A stretch of 64,000 bases of DNA from Eledone cirrhosa (taxonomy: Eukaryota). Under the pieces are notes generated by a model. The model was given only the letters and a program-made list of their open reading frames with translations. It did not search any database and was not told where the DNA came from. Positions 1-12,695 of this stretch are shown piece after piece. The stretch covers positions 78,430,001 to 78,494,000 of the forward strand of contig OZ024741.1 in NCBI GenBank assembly GCA_964016885.1, read 5' to 3'. How positions within the stretch are numbered: position 1 is the first letter of the stretch; every line of letters starts with the position of its first letter. A program made the translations under genes and the position numbers.

Positions 1-53
1 TTCAACAAAATTAAATCCTTTACACAAAAATGTGATTTATGAAACATAATAAT

Positions 54-241
54 TGTTTCTACCTTTAGCACAATGCCAGCAATTATCCCAGTGCATTATT
101 GGTACTTTATTTTATCGGCTCTGTAAGGATGAAAGGCAAATTTAACCGAGGCAGGATTTGAACTCAGACGGTAAAGGGCCGTAACTCTATACTGCAAAGC
201 ATGGCGTTCGAGCCTCAACTGATACTGCCAATGCCCTGCCC
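54..241 (-). mobile_element. tRNA-derived SINE with 18-bp target-site duplication
   Basis: Minus strand has a B-box-like GAGTTCAAATCC, then GCCTTTCATCC...GATAAAATAAAGTACCA, a body repeated elsewhere in the window. TTTATGAAACATAATAAT flanks it at 36-53 and 242-259. Confidence 0.85.
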
Positions 242-559
242 TTTATGAAACATAATAATGATGGTTGACTTCAACTTTCCTTATGTGTGTTGGCTGCCAA
301 ATACTCTGAAAGCAGGTAATTACATTTCAATCCCTAACAAAGTGGTACTAGAAAGAATGTTTACCCTTATGAATGATATTTTCTTGTTACAGTTTATCAT
401 TGAGCCAAGACATAAATGTATTTTGTTTCAAGTGTTTAGCAGCTAGTCTATTAATATCTATAATATCTCAGTTGGGTAACCTTTTCTCTCCAACCATATA
501 ATACAATGTAAGCTTAGTTTCCAGCATTCCAAGAACAAACCAACCTCATTCTCTCCAGC

Positions 560-1980
560 ACAACCAGTTGACAATATGTATCTGCAAAAATCAAACTAAG
601 GAACAATTATAAATGGCATCTCGGATATCAACCCATCAAAGCTATTTGGCATGTTTTTGAGAATATAAGTTATCAATATACGTTGAAACCACACTAACAC
701 AGTAACCAAAATAAAAGTAAGATCCCAAGAGAGAAAACAAAAATCCTCATTGGGAAAATATAAAGATTAAATAAAAAAAAAAATGAATCAACTGAATACA
801 GTAGGCAGTAACACCTGCATTTGGCAACAATAACAACACTCGAATAAAAAATAAACATCATCTTCAAAAGAGCATGGACACTATCATCAAAAATGAAAGA
901 GTCATAGATGAAGACAGGGTCATTGAGAAAATTAAATGCAATGGAAAAGCTTAGTTTACATATGCCAAAAACTATAGAGTCAGTTTCACCTATTGGTTCA
1001 CTGATTGATGAAAACAACATTCTCCATAATGACTATAAAGAAATGGGGGAGGATTTTACAGAAACAGTATGACTTTGTCTTCAGTGATGCCACAAATGTT
1101 GTTTAGGTGGAATCAGTAAAGAAAACCATCAACATTTTCATCCCTGCTATAACTTTTGACACACAAGATATCACAGCAGCAATAGATAAAATAAAACACT
1201 GCTCAATATCAGGCTTTGATAAATTCACTGCATGCATGCTGAAGGAGTGCCAACACAAACTTGAATCTAGTTAATCTGTGGAGAAAATCGCTAAAAGCAG
1301 GTTATATACTCGAAAACATTTTATCCCAATTTGTCATCCCAGTTTTCAAAAAGGGAAATAATTACTTGCAGTATCAGTAAAGTATTTTAGAAGATAGTGA
1401 GATCAAGAATGTGTTCCTGGAGAGCAACAATCTCCTAAATCTCAATTAGCATGGCTTTTTGTGAAGCAGAGACTCTTTAACATTGCTTCTACACGGTTTG
1501 AGAGTATCTTAAACATTTTGAAAGACGGCATCAACACAGGTTCCATATATTTTGACTTCAGTAAGTCCTTCAACAGAATCTACTATAGAATTCTGTTGAA
1601 AAATATATCTAACATAGGAAAGAGTTCATGGAAAATTATTGCAGGGGATTTATTATTTCCTGTAAAGCAGAAGCCAGTATGCTGTGATTATCAGAATCCA
1701 TTCTTCCAGCAAAAGACATCTATTGTGCTTCCTAATGACGAGATAAAACTCCAGTTTAACCTAAAATATGCTGTTAAATGAGGGGAAAATGTGAGGTCAT
1801 CCACTTTGGAAAAGAGGATGTACTTAAACTGTGATATTCTCTTCTCTGAGGAGGACTTCTCATATGAACAATAGTAAGAGGCTTAAGAGTAATTATTGAC
1901 AATGACCTCAACTGAAGTACCTACAATAAAGTCTATATGGCTTGCAGGATGAGCTTTTGGATCTCAATAGCATTCTCAAG
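560..1980 (+). pseudogene. Decayed CR1/L2-like LINE reverse transcriptase relic
   Basis: ORF 1461-1781 contains IYFDFSKSFNRIYYRILLKNI, a degenerate YLDFSKAFD.V.H.ILL.KL motif. IPVFKKG is encoded near 1335. Many stops; boundaries approximate. Confidence 0.7.
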
Positions 1981-2453
1981 ATGGATGGATAGATAGATAG
2001 ATAGATAGAACAAAGCCATCATACTTTAGTGGATATATGTTTTGATAAAGATTAAAGAAGAAAATTATTGTAATTGATTTAAATCAAAGGTTCTCAACGG
2101 GGTGGGGTGGGGGAATATGACCCCCTGGGGGAAGCTGGGGGGGGGGGGGGGGGGGGGGGGGTGAAGCTTTGGGGGGCACTAGAATGCTATTTACTTAGGT
2201 AAGTTTTATAAGCCATATTTGTACGTCTTTGAGACAGCCAGTGTGAATGCATTTGAATGAAGAAAACGAAGAAAATAAATAAAAGAAACTTGTCAACGAA
2301 TTCCATAGGGAGATAAAAGAAAAACGAAAAAAATCAAAGAAAATGAAAATAAGGACAACTTCAACTTTGACAACAGTTACAAGAACAACAGAAACGACAA
2401 GAAAAAGAAGCAATGGTGATGAAGGGTGTTGGTGTATACATATACATACAATC

Positions 2454-2536
2454 ATACATACATACATACATACATACATACATACATACATACATGATGG
2501 CTGCCCCCTCATTATCGAGTATGGCCATTGCACGAC

Positions 2537-2568
<32 letters not shown>

Positions 2569-5500
2569 CATATACACATATATATATATATACACACACA
2601 TACATACATATATATATACATACACATATTAATAACAATAATAATAATAATAATAACAACAATAATAACGACAACAACAACAATAATAATATACATATAT
2701 ATATACACACACACGCACACACATAAACATATCTATACACACACACACACACACGATAGCAACTAACAGCGCTGCGATCGAATGTGGCTTTTTAGCCCAG
2801 CCAATGATCTAAAATGTCTTGCACAGAGTCGGCAACCAAAACATTCACTGGGAATAGCCGGCTGTGGTTGGAGTTCATGTACTTTTGCATGTCGCTTGAG
2901 CCCTCCTGCTGATTTACATTCTCTACCACATGCTTGGCAAGCATGATGAGTAGCATCTCCAACATCAGCCTGGTAGTCAACCACTGGTCTTACTTTATGA
3001 CTGCGAAGATGACTTTCGAGTCCAGCTTTGCTTAGGCAGAGTCTCGCACAGACGCTGCATGTCAACACCAGAGGAGGACCCTCGCTGTCTGGAAGTGCAA
3101 CAGCAATGCCCTTCCTCACATCCCGCTTTACTTTCTCGTATGCGATTCGAGATGCCTCAAAGGCAACTTTTCCCTAATATACATTCTTTCTCCATTTATT
3201 ACGATCAGCAGCAATATTTTCCCATGTATCAGCAGAGATGTTAGCGTCTTTCAAAGAGGCTTTCAAGGAATCCTTATACCTCTTTTTTGATTTATGTGGC
3301 GGTCGTTTTCCTTTAACTAACTCTCCATAGAAGAGTTGTTTTGCTATTCTAGAATCCTTCATCCTGGCAAGGTGACCACTCCAACGGAGTCGTTGCTTAA
3401 GCACAAGAGCTTCTATACTGTCACACATAGAGCTTTCCAAAATCTCGACATCACTGTGGTCCCTCCAGTGAACGCCATGGATCCGTCTGAGACACATCTG
3501 ATGGAAACGCTCCAATTGCTTAAGGTGGTGTCGATATATGACCCAGGTCTCGCAGGCATAAAAAAGACAAGAGAGCACACATGCCTTGTACACCTTTACC
3601 TTTGTCCTCCTGCATATGTCTCGCCGACCCCAGAGTCGCCTTTCTAGCTTTCCGAAAGCATCACTTGCTTTCCTAATCCTAAGTGAGATTTCACTATCAA
3701 GGTTGCTGTATCGATTGACAGTGCTTCCCAGGTAGACAAACTGATCAACCACTCCAAGTCGTTTACCATACACATAGATATTTGGTTCAGTGTACTGCTT
3801 ACCAGGGGCAGGTTGGTACATGACGACGGTTTTCTTGAGACTGACAGTCAATCCTAGGGCAGTGCAAGCGTCAGAAAATGCATTCAAAATGTGCTGCATA
3901 TCACTCTCTGTGTGCGCTACAAGATCGCAATCATCTGCATACAAGAGGTCTCTTATGATTGATGTAAATACTTTTGTCTTTGCAGCAAAGCGCCTGATGT
4001 TAAATATGCTGCCTGAGGTTCGATATCAGATGTAAACACTGTGCTCGCAATTCCTGAGTGCAATACAGAAAACCATTGCAAAGTATATGGCAAACAGGGT
4101 CGGTGCTGGAATATCCTCCTGTTTCACTCTATTTTTTACTGAGATAGGCTCCGACATGTTACCTACGACATTAACCCAAGCCTTCATGTCGTCATGGAAA
4201 GACCTAACTAAAGCAAGGAACTTATCAGGGCAACCAAGTTTCTGGAGAACCTTCCATAAGGCATCTCTTAACAGTATCGAAAGCTTTTGTCAGATCGACA
4301 AAAACCTGATACAGATCCAAGCCTTGTTCCATGCACTTCTCCTGGAGCTGTCTAGCTGAGAAGATCATATCAGTAGTGCCGCGTCCAGCACGAAAACCAG
4401 ATTGACTTTCAGGAAGAACACAATCTGTAATGTGTGTCAGCAAACAGTCCAGAAGCACCCTACATAAAACTTTCCCTACGACAGAAAGCAATGATATACC
4501 TCTGTAGTTCCCACAATCATTCCTGTTACCCTTTCCCTTGCACAAGACCACCATTACTGCATCTCTCCAGTCCTCAGGTACGGATTCATTAGCCTATCTC
4601 CTGCCAAACAAAGAGTGAAGATGTTGCAGGAGTCTCTCACCACCATATTGTAGGAGCTCAGCATGTATGCCATCCATACCTGGAGACCTTCCACGAGATA
4701 GCCACTGCAACCTCCGCAAGCATCGGAGGTTATGCGAGAGCTAATTTCACAGGACTTTCTGGAATGAGATTGAGGAAATCTTCACTGACGACAGACGGCT
4801 GATTCAAAAGATCATCAAAGTGCTCTCGCCACCTTCGTAGAATTCCTTGTGAGTCACGAAGAAGTTCTTTGCCATCCTTGCTGTGAAGCAGTGTCACCAG
4901 AGAAGAAGACGGTCCATAAACCTCACGCAAGAGACTGTACAGCAGCTTTGTGTTATTGGAATCTGACGCAGTTTGTATTGGAATCTGACGCAGTTTGTAT
5001 CTCACCAGCCTTCTCACTCCACCACTGATCCTTCATCTGAGAAAGACTCCGCCTAACATGTGATTTTACATCCTTGAGTTCCTCACGCAACTTATTCCTC
5101 TCCTGTGGTTTTGCCGTCAAGTAGCGTGACAGGGCACGCCTCTTATCAGCCAACAAGTCTTCTATATGTACACCATTCTCATTAAACCAGTCCTGATGTT
5201 TTCTCTGCACCAATCCCAGAACACACCTGCCTACATCATAAACCGACTTTTTAAGGGTCGGCCAATCCTCACCAAGATCTGCAGCCTGCATCTCTTCTTC
5301 CAATGTCCTCTTCACATTTTTATCCTTAAGGCGAGCAGCATTCAATCTTTTGGGCAGGGCAACACCAGGAGCCCAGATTTTACGTTTAGTGATTAGTTTC
5401 ACTTTTGCGCGTACCAGGCGGTGGTCCGTCCAGCACTCAGCTCCATGAAGAACACGAACACACTGCACATCCTGTCTGTCACGCATCCTGACTAGGATGT

Positions 5501-6312
5501 AGTCCAAAAGATGCCATTCCTTAGATGCAGGATGCATCCATCTGGTCTTGAACTTGTTCTTTTGTTGGAACATGGTGTTGGTAACACACAGATCCAGCTC
5601 CTCACACATCTGCAGCAGGAGCATACCATTGTTGTTACACTTTCCCACCCCATGCCTTCCGATTACATTCCATGTGTTAAAATCCCTACCCACTCTAGCA
5701 TTAAAGTCACCAAGCACGATGACTGTCTGCCTGAGGGATATTTCTTAAAACACCTTTCAAGGCATGGTAAAAGTACACTTTTTCTTCATCGACAGAATTC
5801 ATAGTTGGAGCATACACACTCACCAGGGTCGCATATCTTCCTTTATCCAGCGGAATTCTCATGGACATAAGATGCTCACTAATCCCTACTGGGAATTCTT
5901 CTAATTTATTCACAAGAACAGTCTTAACAGCAAATCCTACCCCAGCCTCTCTTTTGGTTCTTTCATCTCTTCCTTTCCAGAAGAATGTATATTCTCCACA
6001 AAATTTTGTAAGATGACCATCTCCAGCTAACCTCATCTCAGATAAAGCCACGATGTCAAGATCGTAACGTCGAAGCTCCTTTCCAACAAGAGCAGTCCTT
6101 CGTTCAGGATGCTCCAAGAAATCCCTGTCAAGCAGCGTCCGTATGTTCCAGCAGCCAAGACTAAATGCCTTGTTTGGCTCTATTACAATGGCACGATGAC
6201 GAGCGGGCCCAGGCTGTGATAATCTGGGGCCTCTGCCCTTATTGCCAATTATCTTTTTTGTTCCAGAACCTAAATTGCCAATTATCTCTTTTATATTGTT
6301 CTGGGACATCAT
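2454..6312 (-). mobile_element. RTE-clade (BovB-like) LINE, disrupted: APE endonuclease, RT and C-terminal C2H2 fingers
   Basis: ORFs in order: 5707-6351 (GCWNIRTL, VALSE, SVYAPT), 4953-5717 (LGDFNA, LDY, TDH), 4225-4554 (NYRGISLLS, FVDLTKAFD), 3174-3944 (YADD, FVYLGS, LRWSGH) and 2763-3119 (C2H2 fingers). An RTE-like 3' terminus at 2493-2535 is followed by a (TATG)n tail. Several frameshifts and stops. Confidence 0.9.
2536..2756. repeat. Compound microsatellite (poly-A, TA, CA, AAT/AAC) inside the RTE 3'UTR
   Basis: Visible simple repeats between the RTE stop codon (2763) and its terminal segment. Confidence 0.85.
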
Positions 6313-6332
6313 TGAATTGGGAGAAAAAAAAA

Positions 6333-6392
6333 GTAATAATAATAGTAACAATAATAATAATAATAATAATCATAATAATAATAATAATAATT
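6333..6392. repeat. (AAT)n microsatellite
   Basis: Direct observation; left boundary of the block containing the Dong element. Confidence 0.95.
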
Positions 6393-7680
6393 AGGGAAGA
6401 AGACGCATGTGGTGGATAGAAGGTCATGAAATCGCTCCCGTAAGTTTTTGATTTTTAACATATTTAAATCAATTGTGAAATAACAATTCTGAGTACAAAT
6501 GATACGTAAAGCACCAGACTCAAGTCTCAGAAAAATTCGGATCCATAATATATTGTTATATCGCTCAAATATTCAATTTTGTATTATACATTTTATATTC
6601 AAAAAAGAAAATGGTTATAAATGGAAGAAAACCCCCTCTGTCTACACTATATAGAACAGCCAAATAACAGCAATTTCACCAATACCACAAACTAGATACA
6701 CCACCTATACCATCACTCCTCTGTGTACACTAAATACAACAGCTAGATAACGGCAATTTCACCACCACCACCACCAATCCCAGCATAATAGTTATAATTA
6801 CTGTTATTATTGTCTCAAGTTTTCTCAAAATGTTTAATTCCAATATTAAGATAATATGTCAACACATATATTAAACATACGTGACTAACCGCATAGATTC
6901 ACCGATCAAACAAAACTACAGTCTATCCAACAAAACTCAGTAACGACAACGCCATCACTATAGTCACCGCCGCCACCACTCTAACCATCATTGCTACCAC
7001 TATCCCATCACCGCCGCCACCACTCCTTCATTGCTACCACCGCTATTCCCCCATTACCTTCTGTTAACTTACGAAGAGGGAAAGTGGCGGTATCACTAGA
7101 CAATATTAGACAATATTAATAAACAATATTAATATTTAATTTTGGATCAGGAATGTTGGAGTCGAAAGGGAGGAAAATGGCAAAATGACTAAATAGCTAA
7201 ATAGCTAAAGATAATTTCACCACCAACACCACCACCACTACCACGCTAAAAACTCTGGTCAAGTTGCCTCAACCTCTCAACCTCTATTTCTACTTCAACT
7301 TCAACACTATCACTACAGTACTACGATCACATCACCACCACCACTGCCTCATTATCACTACCGCCGCTATTCTCTCCCACTACCTCCTGCTACATCGTAG
7401 TGTCCCCACTAAAAGAGGAAGGCATCAAAATATATAAATAGACTGAATTGATGACCCGGTCAAAATCAAAAGAACAAAATCAAAATCAAAGCAGCACAGC
7501 AACAACGAAAAACGTAAAGAAAAGAAAAATGAAGAGAAAAACAAACAGACGGACAGAGAAGGGAAGGGAAAAACTAAGTCAGACATTCAAACATTACATT
7601 ACAATGAAACTTATGCTTATTCATTTTTGGTTGTTTTTTTTTGCCTGTTTGTTTGTTTGTTTATTTATGTTCGTCTACAG

Positions 7681-10600
7681 TGTGATAATGCCACACAAAA
7701 ATCACCGGGAGTGACGAAATCACCGGTGGTTATGTAACCATACATTCGCCAATCCTCGATAAGAGTGTTTAAATGTCGAACCTAAACAGTTCGAATAACG
7801 GTGAAGTGGAGACTAGAATGTCATGTGACAGACTCTCACCCAACAGGTGCTCCATGGCTCAGCAGCAGGGACCTGGCTGTCAACCAAATACTGCTGGTGT
7901 CGGAGGAAGAAGAAGGAAAGGGACCAGAACCAACTGGACGAAAGAATTGAATAGAACTGTTATGCAATGTTACCTGAAGAGTAACCCCAAGGAGAAAGGC
8001 TATAGGAAACGGATGCATAACATCTGGAACAAGATTGGTCTATTTAAATTAGATGAACAAAAATTGGCCGGGCAGGCTCGGGTAATAAGAACTAATGGGT
8101 GGATAAGCGAGTTGGAACTGGAGGAACTGAGCAGAGAGATTAGCTTGGAAATGGAGAGTGGAGTATGCCAGGCAAACGAGCCAGTGGGAAATGAAGGTGA
8201 AGAGGTCGAGAGAACGGAGGAACCATCCGAAGCAGACAATGATCTGAATGCTGAAATAAATAATAACTGGAACAAAGATACGGCCATTGAGGAGATGAAT
8301 GCTGATGGGCTAGGACAAGATTTGGTTGATATCCTAAACTTAGTGGTAGATGAATTGAACAATGATAGTGGGAAACCTATGAACCTAAGATTTGTAGACA
8401 GGAACAAGTTAAAAGAAACAACAGCTAAGGTAAACAAAGTCATCCCATACCTTGAGGCGAGGAGCCTTCACCAGTGCAACAATATCCTCAAAGCAACAGC
8501 AAAAACGGAGGAAATTACTTGGTATAAAAGCGAGAGGAAACAACAAACAAGAAAGATCAGAGCCTTGGTGGAAGAAACGACTGAGTGGTCAAATCAGGGA
8601 AATGAGAAATGACATTGGAAAGCTTGAGTCCCTACTGAATGGGACACTAAAAAACATAGACACTAAAAATAGACTGGAAATAAAGTACAAAACTAGGAGG
8701 AAAAAGCTAAATATTATCATAGAGGAACTGAAGCAACGCATTGTAGCAAAGAGTGCAAAAATCAGGCGATACGAGAACAGAGTCAGTCAGTATAGACAGA
8801 ACTGCATGTTTGACAACAACCAGAAGATGCTGTTTGGACAGCTTGAAGGGAAAGAAAGAGGCAACGACTTGATCCCTGAGGCGGAACAAACTAAAACATT
8901 CTGGAGAGGAATATGGGAGCAGGATGTTAAACATAATGACCAGGCAGTGTGGATTGAGACAGTGCAGAAGGAGATTAGTGAACAGGAACACCAACAAACT
9001 GATTTGAGTATCACAGTTGAAACTCTTAAGGGGCAGGCCAAAAAACTAACCAAGTGGAAATCACCAGGCCCAGATGGTGTGCAGGGGTATTGGATTAAAA
9101 ATATAACATCCCTCCACCCAAAACTGACAACCATGTTCAATGACTGCTTGATGTCAGGTGAGGTACCAGAGTGGTTGACAAAAGGTACCACAGTTCTGAT
9201 AATGAAAGACCGAATCAAGGGTAATGATGTTACCAACTATAGACCTATCACATGTCTGTCCGTAATGTGGAAACTGTTGACAAGCATTATGTCTGAGGAA
9301 ATCTACCATCACCTCCACACAAACAACTTGTTACCGGACGAACAGAAAGGATGCCGAAAGAAGTCCCGTGGTACAAAGGACCAGTTACTTATTGATAAGA
9401 TGGTAATGAGGAATTGCAAGAGGAGACACACTGGTCTTGCCATGGGATGGATAGACTACAAAAAGGCATTTGACATGGTGCCTCATTCTTGGATCACCAA
9501 AAGCCTAGAGATCTTCAAGGTGGCAGATAGCATCAGACAGTTGTTGGGCAAAAGTATGAAGTCCTGGAGAATCCTTGGGAAGCGTGAAGATCAAGAGAGG
9601 TATCTTCCAGGGAGATAGTCTGTCCCCTCTGTTGTTTGTCCTTGCCCTGATGCCCCAGACCAGTATACTGCGAAAAGTGAGAGCAGGATACAGGTTGGGA
9701 AAGGGAGGGCTTACCATCAATCACCTCCTCTTCATGGACGATCTTAAGCTCTTCGGGAAGAGTGAGAAGGAGTTGGATGTGCTTGTTGACACTGTCCGTA
9801 TTTTCAGCAATGATATATGTATGCAATTTGGTATTAGTAAGTGTGGAGTCCCTGTGATGAAGAGGGGGTAAATTGAGCAGAAGCAACGGAATCCAGGTAC
9901 CAACAGGTGAGATGATAAAGGAAATTGACACTAAAGAAGGATACAAGTATTTGGGTGTTCTGGAGGCTGATGACATCAAGAACAAAAAAATGAAGGAATT
10001 GATAAGAACTGAATACATTCGGAGAGTAAGGAGCGTATTAAAGTCACATCCGAACAGTAGGAATGCCATAAGTGCAGTAAATTCCCGAGCTGTGTCTATT
10101 ATTAGGTACAGTGCGGGAATTCTGAGATGGAATGTTGCTGAACAAAAAGAAATGGATAGGAAGACTAGGAAGCTATTGACTATCTACAACATGTTCCACA
10201 AGAGGAGTGATGTCGATAGACTCTACTTAAGGAGATCTGAAGGTGGAAGAGGTCTTATCAGCATAGAGGAGTGTGTTCAGATGGAGAAAAACAACCTACA
10301 CAAATACGTGACTGATGGTAAGGAGCCAATGCTCAGAACTGTACTGAAGAAGGGGACAATAGACCAGGGGGTGTCCAAGGAGGAAATAACATCAAGGAGA
10401 AAGAGCAGCCTTCAGGAAAAATCCCTTCATAGTACCTTCTTTGAGAAAACTGAATTCAGAGATCCACAGACATGGAACTGGTTGAAAAGAGAAGACCTTA
10501 AAAAGGCTACAGAAGGAATGTTAATGGCTGCGCAAGAGCAGGCCCTCAAAACGAAGTGGTTGAAACACCATATTTACAAGGAGGAGGCTAGCCCACTGTG

Positions 10601-11247
10601 CAGGATCTGTGGAGAGAGAGAGAGGAGACTGTGGCTCACATTGTATCCGAGTGTAAACACCTAGCCCAGACTCACTATAAGGGCTGGAGACATGATGTGA
10701 TGGGCAGGGTGATCCACTGGCACCTATGCAAAGTAAACAATTTACCACATTCTGAGAAGTGGTATGAGCATAAGCCAGAGTCGGTGATAGAAAACGATCA
10801 GGTGAAGGTGCTGTGGGATTTTAGGATACAGACGGACAAGAAACTGGAACACAATAGACCTGACCTAGTGGTTGAGGACAAAGAAAAAAGATCGTGCCTG
10901 ATTATGGATGCGGCCTGCCCATTCGACACGAAAGTGCAAGAGAAGGAGAGGGAGAAAATTAACCGATACCAGGACTTAAAGTGGGAGGTAAAAAGGATTT
11001 GGAACTGCCATGAAGTCAAAGTGGTCCCGATTGTCATAGGCGCACTAGGTACTATCTCAAAAAGTTTCCAGAGATGGTTAAAGAAAATTGGCCCCTTCAC
11101 GCTTTTTGGAACGCTTCAAAAGGCATGCTTGCTGGGAACAGCAAGAACCCTCCGATACGTTCTGAATATCTGAGGCTGCAGGTAGTGGTTTGATATTTAT
11201 TTCAACAAACTTTCCAGTTAACTAACATCAATGACTGAGACTCAAAG
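7681..11247 (+). mobile_element. R4/Dong-clade RLE non-LTR retrotransposon, near full length, frameshifted
   Basis: ORFs 7773-8612, 8452-9618 (KSPGPDG, YRPITCL, WIDYKKAFD), 9575-9871 (GIFQGDSLSP, FMDD), 9873-10664 (YKYLG, CRIC) and 10598-11173 (ETVAHIVSEC knuckle, RHD, RPD..D RLE nuclease). The 3' end runs into (AAT)n. The 5' limit is uncertain. Confidence 0.93.
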
Positions 11248-11289
11248 AATAATAATAATAATAATAATAATAATACACTATTAATAATT

Positions 11290-11578
11290 ATTAATGCAAT
11301 CGTGCAATGCCTGTGCGTGACAAATATTTTTTAAAGTGAGGAAAGACTGTGCACTGAGCCAATCCCACTCTCTGAGCGACAGTAGCTATAACCCGAAAAG
11401 AAGAAAAGATCAACATCATCGGTAACTACTGAGCTGCAGGTTTTATGTCGGAGTTAACCTAGTTTCCTGAGATGCCTTCTCCTAGAAGAATGCCCTGACA
11501 AGGGCTAGGGGTCCTTCACTCCCAGTGGTTTAACTGCGCGATCGGGCATCCAGCCCGATTATTTCTATGTCCCCGTGC
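11290..11578 (-). mobile_element. Probable RTE 5'UTR segment
   Basis: Minus strand GGGCATTCTTCTAGGAGAAGG and CAGTCTTTCCTCACTTTAAAAAA resemble RTE 5' leaders from memory. Same orientation as the RTE body and directly beyond the Dong tail. Confidence 0.45.
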
Positions 11579-12108
11579 AAAAAAAAAAAAAAAAAATCCC
11601 TTATTGACATTTATACGTACGACATACACACACGCGCATACATACGTGTGCACACACACACATACATACGTGCGCACACCGCAACACTCATACATACAAA
11701 CAAACACACACATGCTACTCACTTACACACACACATATATATATATATATTACCGGCTTCAACTATACAAACTTTTGAAAGTCAACAGTTGACATAATCT
11801 TGTAATCTTGTATCAGTAATGACGGTAATACATACATACATACATACATACATATACATATATACACACACAGGCAGGCGTTGGTGTTTGACGAGGTTTA
11901 GAACCTGGTCAGCTTTCAGCCAGAGCTGTGGTATCTCCCTAGGTAATAAAATCTGGAGACAAAAATTCTCTCCTTACCAAAAAAAAAACATAAATCAAGT
12001 CAACATCCTTACACACTTAAATATAAATGCATGTATATATATACAAATGTATAAATGCATAGCTATATACATATATAAATGTATGTATGTATATATGTAC
12101 GTATGTAG

Positions 12109-12142
<34 letters not shown>

Positions 12143-12407
12143 TACACACACAGACACGCATATATATATATTTTCTTTTTTCAGTCTGGTCTACCTCTGG
12201 ATAAAACTCAATGTAATCTTGTAAAATCCATAGAGAAGTTCTGTGTTTCGCTGAATTAATTCTTTAGATACAGAGTCAGATATTAGGTATTAAATTAACA
12301 ATAAAAATAAAAACAACAAAATAAAAACAAAATTATAAAATAACTTGACTTTGTTCTTTTTATTTTCATTGTTAATTTGATAACACACATGCATACACAC
12401 ACATATG

Positions 12408-12650
12408 CGCAGTGTGACAAGAAGCTTGCTTCCCAACCACATATTTCCGGGTTCAGTCCCACTGCCTGGGCCGACCAAAGCCCTGTGAGTGGATTTGATA
12501 GGCCGAAACTAAAAGAAGCGAATCGTATATATGTCTGTATGTGTCTTTGCATTTGTGTTTGCCCTCCCACCAATGCTTGTTGGTTTGTTGACGTCCCCAT
12601 AACTTACCAAGGTGATGCTCCAGCATGGGCGTAGTCCAGAGACAGAAAAA
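12408..12650 (+). mobile_element. tRNA-derived SINE (second family)
   Basis: AAGAAGCTTGCTTCCCAACCAC...GGGTTCAGTCCCACTGC head. Related heads at ~33930-34065 (-), ~34430-34560 (+) and ~36380-36560 (-). Confidence 0.75.
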
Positions 12651-12657
12651 AAGTACA

Positions 12658-12691
<34 letters not shown>

Positions 12692-12695
<4 letters not shown>

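Noticed and set aside
2136-2162. Poly-G runs (also 38649-38671) as functional G-quadruplex elements
   Set aside because: Simple homopolymers of uncertain length with no supporting context.
2195-2766. Several 117-185 aa ORFs, and similar ones at 11.5-12.3 kb, 24.1 kb, 28.1-28.8 kb, 40.7 kb and 62.4-63.3 kb
   Set aside because: They are translations of microsatellites or low-complexity DNA.
2763-3119. Stand-alone host C2H2 zinc-finger gene
   Set aside because: It is collinear with the RTE RT and followed by the RTE 3' end, so it is part of the LINE.
7690-7775. HDV-like or hammerhead ribozyme at the Dong 5' end
   Set aside because: Short hairpins exist, but I could not assemble the nested pseudoknot or a CUGANGA core.
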